From positions 188 to 43,785 of the forward strand of contig CAZFPM010000002.1 in NCBI GenBank assembly GCA_964520965.1: a stretch of DNA of 43,598 nucleotides. Reading direction: 5' to 3'. The position numbers and the translations under genes were made by a program. The notes under the pieces were generated by a model. That model saw only the letters and a list, made by a program, of their open reading frames with translations. It did no database searches and was not told where the DNA came from. Origin of the DNA: an uncultured Myxococcales bacterium. GTDB taxonomy: Bacteria > Myxococcota_A > Bradymonadia > REDH01. This document shows positions 38,045-43,598 of this stretch, in pieces; within the stretch, counting starts at the first letter, position 1; the number at the start of each line of letters is the position of its first letter.

Positions 38045-38987
38045 GGTGGGCGACGAGCTGCTCGAAGTCGATCGGCATCGGTCGCTCGAAGCGAAGGGCG
38101 CTGCCGTCGACCGGGTGCTCGAACTCGAGCGCCTCCGCGTGCAACATGACGCGCTCCACGCATTGGTCGGCGAGCGTCGTGGGTCCGCCGTAGTGGGCGT
38201 CGCCGACGATCGGCAACCCAGACGCCGCCAGGTGTGCCCGGATTTGGTGGGTCCGGCCCGTTCGCGGCCTCGCCTCGACCAGTAGGGCCTCTTCGAAGGT
38301 CGATCGCACGGAGAACTCCGTTCGCGCCGCGCGCCCCCCCGATCGGACGACACCGTAGTGGTCCTCACCCCTGCCCTCGCGCTTCGCGCGGCCGATGGCC
38401 CGCCCCTCGGTCCAGCGACCGGGCATCGGCTGCTCCGGAGCAACGGTCAGCGCGACGTATCGTTTGTCGACCTGCCCGGCGGTGAAGGCCGCGCCGAGGC
38501 CTGCGGCGGCCGTGGTTGACCGAGCGAGCACGAGCACTCCGGATGTGTCGCGGTCGAGTCGGTGAGCAGAGCGCAGGCCCTCGGGCAGGTGGTGGCCGTT
38601 CGCTTCGCACCACCGGGTCACTGCTCCGACCACCGAGTCGCGCAGCGGGTCTACGCCAGGGTCCGTCGGCAACCCGGAAGGCTTGGCGACCACCACGAGC
38701 GCATCGTCGCAGAGCAGGACATCTCCCGTTGTCGGTTCCCAGCGCGCTCCTCGCCGGGCCTGTGCCTCGTCGCACAGCTCCGCCTCGCTGCGCGCGATCA
38801 GGAAGACGATGCGCCCGCTCAGCCTTCGGGACGACCGCACGACCCCGATGTCGTCGACGCGCGCCGCTCGGCTCTCCAGCAGCGAGCGCGCGCTGCGCCG
38901 GGAGATCGGAACCCCGTGGTCACGAAGAGCGCGATGGAGCACGAGGTCGGCGCGCTCGTTCGCGGCCGCCGCGACGAGTCGGATCAC
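38019..38987 (-). CDS. RluA/RluD-family pseudouridine synthase
   Basis: VAKPSG, HRLDRDTSG, KRYVAL, TGRTHQIRAHL, PIVGDAHYG and LHA; GTGA overlap with the kinase stop. Confidence 0.93.
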   Translation of the reverse strand: MIRLVAAAANERADLVLHRALRDHGVPISRRSARSLLESRAARVDDIGVVRSSRRLSGRIVFLIARSEAELCDEAQARRGARWEPTTGDVLLCDDALVVVAKPSGLPTDPGVDPLRDSVVGAVTRWCEANGHHLPEGLRSAHRLDRDTSGVLVLARSTTAAAGLGAAFTAGQVDKRYVALTVAPEQPMPGRWTEGRAIGRAKREGRGEDHYGVVRSGGRAARTEFSVRSTFEEALLVEARPRTGRTHQIRAHLAASGLPIVGDAHYGGPTTLADQCVERVMLHAEALEFEHPVDGSALRFERPMPIDFEQLVAHLTPTVSTP

Positions 38988-41731
38988 GACTGTACGATCG
39001 GGGAGTAGGCGAGGCGGAATCCGACCGTTGCCAGGCGCGCACCGCGGTGGACCCGCCATCGCGACGACGCCCGACACGCTCGGTCATCGCCGTTCCAGAA
39101 TCCCCCGCGGACGATGGCGTGGGGATCGTTGCTGGATTCGACCCAATCGCGCACGCCGCCGGCCATGTCGCAGGCCCCGAACGGGCTCCGGTCGTACGGG
39201 AACACGCCCACCGGCTCGGGCTGACTCTCGACGGCACGGGATTTGGCCATCTTGCAGAAGTTGGCGTCGAACCGGTTCCCCCACGGAAACGAGCGTCCAT
39301 CCGCGCCGCGGGCGGCGCGCTCCCACTCGAGCTCCGTGGGCAACCGGTACCGGAAACCGTCCCGACCGGACCGCCATCGGGCGTAGGCGATGGCGTCTTC
39401 GTATCGTACTGCGAGCACGGGCAGCGAGAACTCGTGTCCCTCGCTCTCGGGGTATCGGGCTCGCATGTCTCCCTCGATGAGGATGTCGGAGGGCACGAAC
39501 CGGCCGCCGTCGGCAATGTCGACGAGCGGCCCCTCGGATCCACGCGTGCGCGGTGCGCGCTCGAGCGCCAGGTCCGGCTCATCGATCGCGAGGGCGTCGA
39601 GGAACTCGACGTATTCACGAAACGTGACCGGGAATCGCTGAAAGAAGAACCCCGGTACCTCTGCGCGCTGTAACGGCAACGGGTCGTAAGCCTGGGGGTC
39701 CCCGCCAACGACGCTCGTCCCCGCCGGCACATATACGAAGCCCTCCGCGAAGTGCGCCCGGGGCGGCAGATCCACCGCGATGGCGACCGGGTCGGCGCGG
39801 TTGATCTCCAGGGGAACGACGACCGCCGGGTGCCGTGGGTGCTTGATGCGCACCTCGTAGCTTCCGCCATCGACGAAACGCTCCGCCACGGGGCTTTCGC
39901 CGAGCACCTCCGGCTTGCCGAGGACCAGGCGCCGGTCGATCTCGGTGTACGGGTAGATGAACACCGACGCCCCCCTTGGCTGGGTGTAGACCGAGAGGGG
40001 GGCGTGATCGAGGAGGCGGGCCTGGAGGGTGCCGTCGATGTCGTACTGCTCGAGCAGAGACCGGTAATAGACCTTGTCGAGGGCGTTCTCCTGTTGTTCC
40101 GCAAGCTCGTAGCGGCTGAAGAAGAGCCTCCCGAGGGCCCGCATCGCGTTGTCGTGCCCCGGGACGTAGGCGAGAGCCTGCGTGAACTCGCGGATCGCGT
40201 TTCCGAACCCCTGGACCATCTGGGTCGCGGTGTCCTGCCGACGATCGTCCAGATCCCACAACCCGCGCTTGACCTCGATCGGCTCCCAGTCCTCGACCAG
40301 TGCGTGAGCGGCGTGGAAACGTTCGCCGAGCTCGATCATCTCCCGCTTGGCGAACTCATAGAGCCGGGCATAGCTCTCGCCCTCCAACACCCGGCGCTCG
40401 GCTTCGCGCACGTTGCGGCCATCGAGGAACTTCTCGACCGCATCGTGCAGCAACTTCGCCGACTGCCACCGCTCGCTGGGGTTCTTCTCGAGCGCCCGCA
40501 TCACGATGTACTCCATGTCGTCCGAGACGAAGGAGTCGGTGACAGTGCTCGGCGGCGGGATCGGCTCGGTGATCACGGCCATCAGCGTGCCCATGACCGT
40601 CTCGCGGGTCGACGGCTGCTCGAGGGTGATGAGCTCGTAGAGAATGACCCCGAGGGAATAGACGTCGGAGCGTTCGTCGACCTTGTCGAGCGCCCCCCGG
40701 GCCTGCTCTGGCGGCATGTACGCCGGAGTGCCGACCGTCTGCCCCGCCTCGAGCCGATGTCCTCCCTGGAGGCTTCGATCGGTCACCACCTCGCGGTCCA
40801 TGATCCGCGCGAGACCCCAGTCCATGACGTGGACTTCGCTGTAGTCGCCCAACATGATGTTGCTAGGCTTCAGGTCCCGGTGGATGACGCCGCGAACGTG
40901 CGCGTAGTGCACCGCCTGGCAGACCTGCAGGAAGATCGACAACAGGCGGGTGACGCCGTACTGGGCGACGATCTCGGGTCGGCCCTCGATCAGCCCCTCG
41001 ATCACGTCGCGGAGCGAATACGATCGCACCCGCTTCATCGTGTAGTAGAGTTCGCCGTTGTCGAGCCGTCCGATGTCGTAGATCGGGACGATGTTCGGGT
41101 GCTCGAGCTGCCCTGTCGCCTGGGCCTCCTCGATGAACTTGTCCGCCTCGTCGTCGGGCAGGGGCCAGCTCAGCGGCACCTTTAGCGCGACCGTGCGGCC
41201 GAGTCCTCGGTCGAACGCCTTGAAGACGCGCCCGACCCCACCTCGTCCGAGCTCGCCGCCGATGAGGTAACGCGTGGTCTCTTCGGTCTCTGGCGCTTCA
41301 CCGACCTCTGTGTCTCCGACCCGATCGTCTTCGTACGCGGAGTCGAGCTGAATGCGGTCGCTGAACCCATGGGTTCGCATCACGTCGGCGAGGTTGTACG
41401 AGCGTCCGGGATCGTCGTCATCGATCGGCGCGACCTGGCCCCTGCCCGAGATCGCCGTGTCATCACCTTCGGCGAGCCCGCCACCGTCGATTCGCCGCAG
41501 GCGGCTGAGGATCTCGGCGAGCTCGGTCCGGTCGAGGATCCCGTCGCGCACCCAGATCTCGGCCGGTCCTGCGTCGGGCTGCTCGCCCACTCGGGTCATG
41601 GCCCGAGCCAGTGCCGCTACCGTCGCGTAGCCCTGATCGACCGCCGCGAGGCCGATTCGCACGTGCAGGTCACGCGAAGGCCCGGCACCGTCGTCGCCGC
41701 CGGAGGAAGACGGACGATGCGGGTCGGTCAT
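38984..41731 (-). CDS. Hanks-type Ser/Thr kinase fused to PEGA-like and C-terminal FGE-sulfatase (SUMF1) domains
   Basis: ELGRGGVGRV, VALK, HRDLKPSN, DWG, GTPAYMPPEQ and SDVYSLG; YTQPRGASV (PEGA-like); RLPTELEWERAARG, FPWG, DMAG and GFRL. ATGA overlap with the FHA gene. Confidence 0.92.
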   Translation of the reverse strand: MTDPHRPSSSGGDDGAGPSRDLHVRIGLAAVDQGYATVAALARAMTRVGEQPDAGPAEIWVRDGILDRTELAEILSRLRRIDGGGLAEGDDTAISGRGQVAPIDDDDPGRSYNLADVMRTHGFSDRIQLDSAYEDDRVGDTEVGEAPETEETTRYLIGGELGRGGVGRVFKAFDRGLGRTVALKVPLSWPLPDDEADKFIEEAQATGQLEHPNIVPIYDIGRLDNGELYYTMKRVRSYSLRDVIEGLIEGRPEIVAQYGVTRLLSIFLQVCQAVHYAHVRGVIHRDLKPSNIMLGDYSEVHVMDWGLARIMDREVVTDRSLQGGHRLEAGQTVGTPAYMPPEQARGALDKVDERSDVYSLGVILYELITLEQPSTRETVMGTLMAVITEPIPPPSTVTDSFVSDDMEYIVMRALEKNPSERWQSAKLLHDAVEKFLDGRNVREAERRVLEGESYARLYEFAKREMIELGERFHAAHALVEDWEPIEVKRGLWDLDDRRQDTATQMVQGFGNAIREFTQALAYVPGHDNAMRALGRLFFSRYELAEQQENALDKVYYRSLLEQYDIDGTLQARLLDHAPLSVYTQPRGASVFIYPYTEIDRRLVLGKPEVLGESPVAERFVDGGSYEVRIKHPRHPAVVVPLEINRADPVAIAVDLPPRAHFAEGFVYVPAGTSVVGGDPQAYDPLPLQRAEVPGFFFQRFPVTFREYVEFLDALAIDEPDLALERAPRTRGSEGPLVDIADGGRFVPSDILIEGDMRARYPESEGHEFSLPVLAVRYEDAIAYARWRSGRDGFRYRLPTELEWERAARGADGRSFPWGNRFDANFCKMAKSRAVESQPEPVGVFPYDRSPFGACDMAGGVRDWVESSNDPHAIVRGGFWNGDDRACRASSRWRVHRGARLATVGFRLAYSPIVQS

Positions 41732-42396
41732 TCCCCGCCGGTGGTCAGCACGCGCAGGACGACCCGGCCGATGCGGATCTTGTCCCCGATCTGAACCAGA
41801 GCCGAGCCGTTCTTCTCGACGAGCTGATTGTTGAGGTAACTCCCGTTGCGTCCACCCATGTCGCACATCATGAGCTGGTCTCCGCTACGAGAGAACACGA
41901 GTCGCACGTGCTGGCGATGGACGTACGCGGGATCCTGAGCCGTGAGGTCGATGTCCGGACAGCGTCCGGTGCCGGCGTCGTAACGTCCGATCACGATCTC
42001 GCGGTCGGCCAGCAGGAACTGCTCTCCGAGAATGCGTCCCTGCTCGACAACGAGCTTGACGCGTCCGACACCCATCGAGTTCGCGGCCGCGTCGTCGCGG
42101 CTATTGCCCCCGGAGCGCCCACTGCCTCCGGAGCGTCCACTGCCCTCGGGGCGGCCGCTGGCCTGGGGACGTCCACCGGCCTCGGGACGTCCGATCTCGG
42201 CCGCCGTGAACGCGCCGGACGGGGGCTCGTCTTTCGGCACCGTGACGGTCAGGCCACCGCTCGCCCCGGTGGAGGGCACGAAGTCTTCGGCCGGGATCGT
42301 CTTGAGGACATCCGTCAAACCCGGAAGTACCGCGCCACAAGAGTGGCAGGCGATCGCGTTGGGGGCGCAGCTGGCGCCACAAGAGGGACAGAACAC
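41728..42396 (-). CDS. Zinc-ribbon plus FHA domain protein
   Basis: CPSCG...CHSCG, then a Gly/Ser/Arg linker, then IGR...DIDL...RQH...NGSYLN...GDKIRIG. GAGG lies upstream of GTG 42396. Confidence 0.85.
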   Translation of the reverse strand: MFCPSCGASCAPNAIACHSCGAVLPGLTDVLKTIPAEDFVPSTGASGGLTVTVPKDEPPSGAFTAAEIGRPEAGGRPQASGRPEGSGRSGGSGRSGGNSRDDAAANSMGVGRVKLVVEQGRILGEQFLLADREIVIGRYDAGTGRCPDIDLTAQDPAYVHRQHVRLVFSRSGDQLMMCDMGGRNGSYLNNQLVEKNGSALVQIGDKIRIGRVVLRVLTTGGE

Positions 42397-42629
42397 TCCT
42401 ACCTCGAAACTGGCGAATGGTCTCGCCGGCTGCCGATGCCGGGCAAACGAGCAGCCTAGAAATCGAAGGCATTCTATCCGGCGCTCCGGGAGATCGCAAT
42501 TCGGTGGCAACGGGCGTGCTCCACCGGGCTTTCGCGCCCCGCAGCGCCTCGATTTCGTGCCCCCCGCGCTGGTGATTCACGCCCGGCCGATCTATGGTTC
42601 GGCTCTCCGCAACGACACGGGAATCGATA

Positions 42630-43598
42630 ATGTCGCTCGATCTCAATCATTGGATTGGCTCCGACGCGGGGATCGTACGCCAGGTCAACGAAGACGGGTT
42701 CCTCTGGCTTGGCCCCGAACAGAGCAGCGACGACAGCTTTCTTTGGATGGTCATCGACGGCGTCGGAGGTCCCGGGCGCGGGGATCTCGCCGCAGGACTG
42801 ACCGTGTCCGCGGTGACCGACGGGTGGCCGGAGGCGATCGCCGAGACCCAGGATCCCTACGAAGCCCTCGACCGCGTTGCCGACGAAGCGAATCGCCGCG
42901 TGCTGGCCGTCGCCGCGACCTATCCGTCGCTGCGCGGCATGGCGGCCTCTGTTGCCGCCGTCTGCTACCGCGAAGGGCAGCTCTTCGTCGCCCATGCCGG
43001 CAGCGCGCGCGTGTACCTGCACCGCGGAGAGCACATCCAGTGCATCACCCGGGACCATGTCGGCGTGCCCCAGGTCGCCATCGGTACCGGCGACGATCCC
43101 GATATCGGATGCCTGCGTCGGGCCATCGGACACCCGGATTTGCGCCTGGATCGCGGAAGCGGCAGACCGATCCCCGCCGACGAGCTCACGGTCCTCCTGT
43201 GTACCGACGGCATCTCCAGGGTCGTCAGCGACGAGCTGTTGGGCCATGCCCTCAGCCGCCTCTTCGCCCGCGATGCGACAGAAGCGCTCATCGAGTTGGC
43301 CAAGCGGAACTGGAGCGATGACAACGCCACCGCCGGCGTCATCCGCTTCGTCCCGCCGGATCGCACCCGGGTTACGACTGCAGACGACTTCCTCGAGTGG
43401 GCAGCCAGCGGCATGACCGGATCGCCGGATCGCACCCTCGTGTTGCGGAGCATCGGGACGGCCGACGAACTCGATTCCCCCCCGACGACCAACATCGAGT
43501 CGATTCCGCCCATCGACGCCGAGCCGGTCCGGCCGTCCGCTGGCGACGGCGAAGACTTCGCCAGCACCCGAGCGTTCTCGCCGGACGCGATCGCGTCG
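42630..43598 (+). CDS. PP2C/PPM-family protein phosphatase-like protein; 3' truncated and absent from the ORF track
   Basis: My translation: MSLDLNHWIGSDAGIVRQVNEDG...VIDGVGG...AHAGSARVY...ITRDH...LLCTDG...SDDNAT. The frame stays open to the window end. Confidence 0.85.
   Translation, partial: MSLDLNHWIGSDAGIVRQVNEDGFLWLGPEQSSDDSFLWMVIDGVGGPGRGDLAAGLTVSAVTDGWPEAIAETQDPYEALDRVADEANRRVLAVAATYPSLRGMAASVAAVCYREGQLFVAHAGSARVYLHRGEHIQCITRDHVGVPQVAIGTGDDPDIGCLRRAIGHPDLRLDRGSGRPIPADELTVLLCTDGISRVVSDELLGHALSRLFARDATEALIELAKRNWSDDNATAGVIRFVPPDRTRVTTADDFLEWAASGMTGSPDRTLVLRSIGTADELDSPPTTNIESIPPIDAEPVRPSAGDGEDFASTRAFSPDAIAS

Noticed and set aside
38984-39760. Diversity-generating retroelement target (FGE/C-lectin domain)
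   Set aside because: No reverse transcriptase and no template-repeat copy of the 3' end are present in the window.
1-43598. CRISPR arrays, tRNA/rRNA genes, IS elements or prophage
   Set aside because: I recognised no repeat-spacer array, structural RNA signature, or transposase, integrase or phage protein motif by eye.

Overview
A high-GC, gene-dense bacterial chromosomal segment with about 30 CDS. It is probably Myxococcota-like, inferred from Cys/Asp-rich surface repeats, a MYXO-CTERM-like tail and a Ser/Thr kinase-FGE fusion. Housekeeping genes include a DnaQ-like exonuclease, PIN-PhoH, ssb, etfAB with a FadR-like TetR, aroC, pyrC, trpS, a MutT-like Nudix, purF and an RluA-family synthase. 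Four things stand out. (1) Three parS palindromes (one perfect) sit at gene starts or junctions of a DUF1444-like/EamA/luxE/luxC/Sel1 operon that lacks luxAB and luxD. (2) An Eco57I-type N6-adenine methyltransferase overlaps a SNF2 helicase, with no visible nuclease. (3) An inverted pair of FadR-box-like operators brackets a perfect TTGACA upstream of tetR-etfB-etfA. (4) In a kinase/FHA/PP2C locus the kinase motifs are intact, but the FHA and PP2C carry substitutions at key residues. I saw no rRNA, tRNA, CRISPR array, transposase or integrase. All calls are by eye from motifs; no database searches were run.
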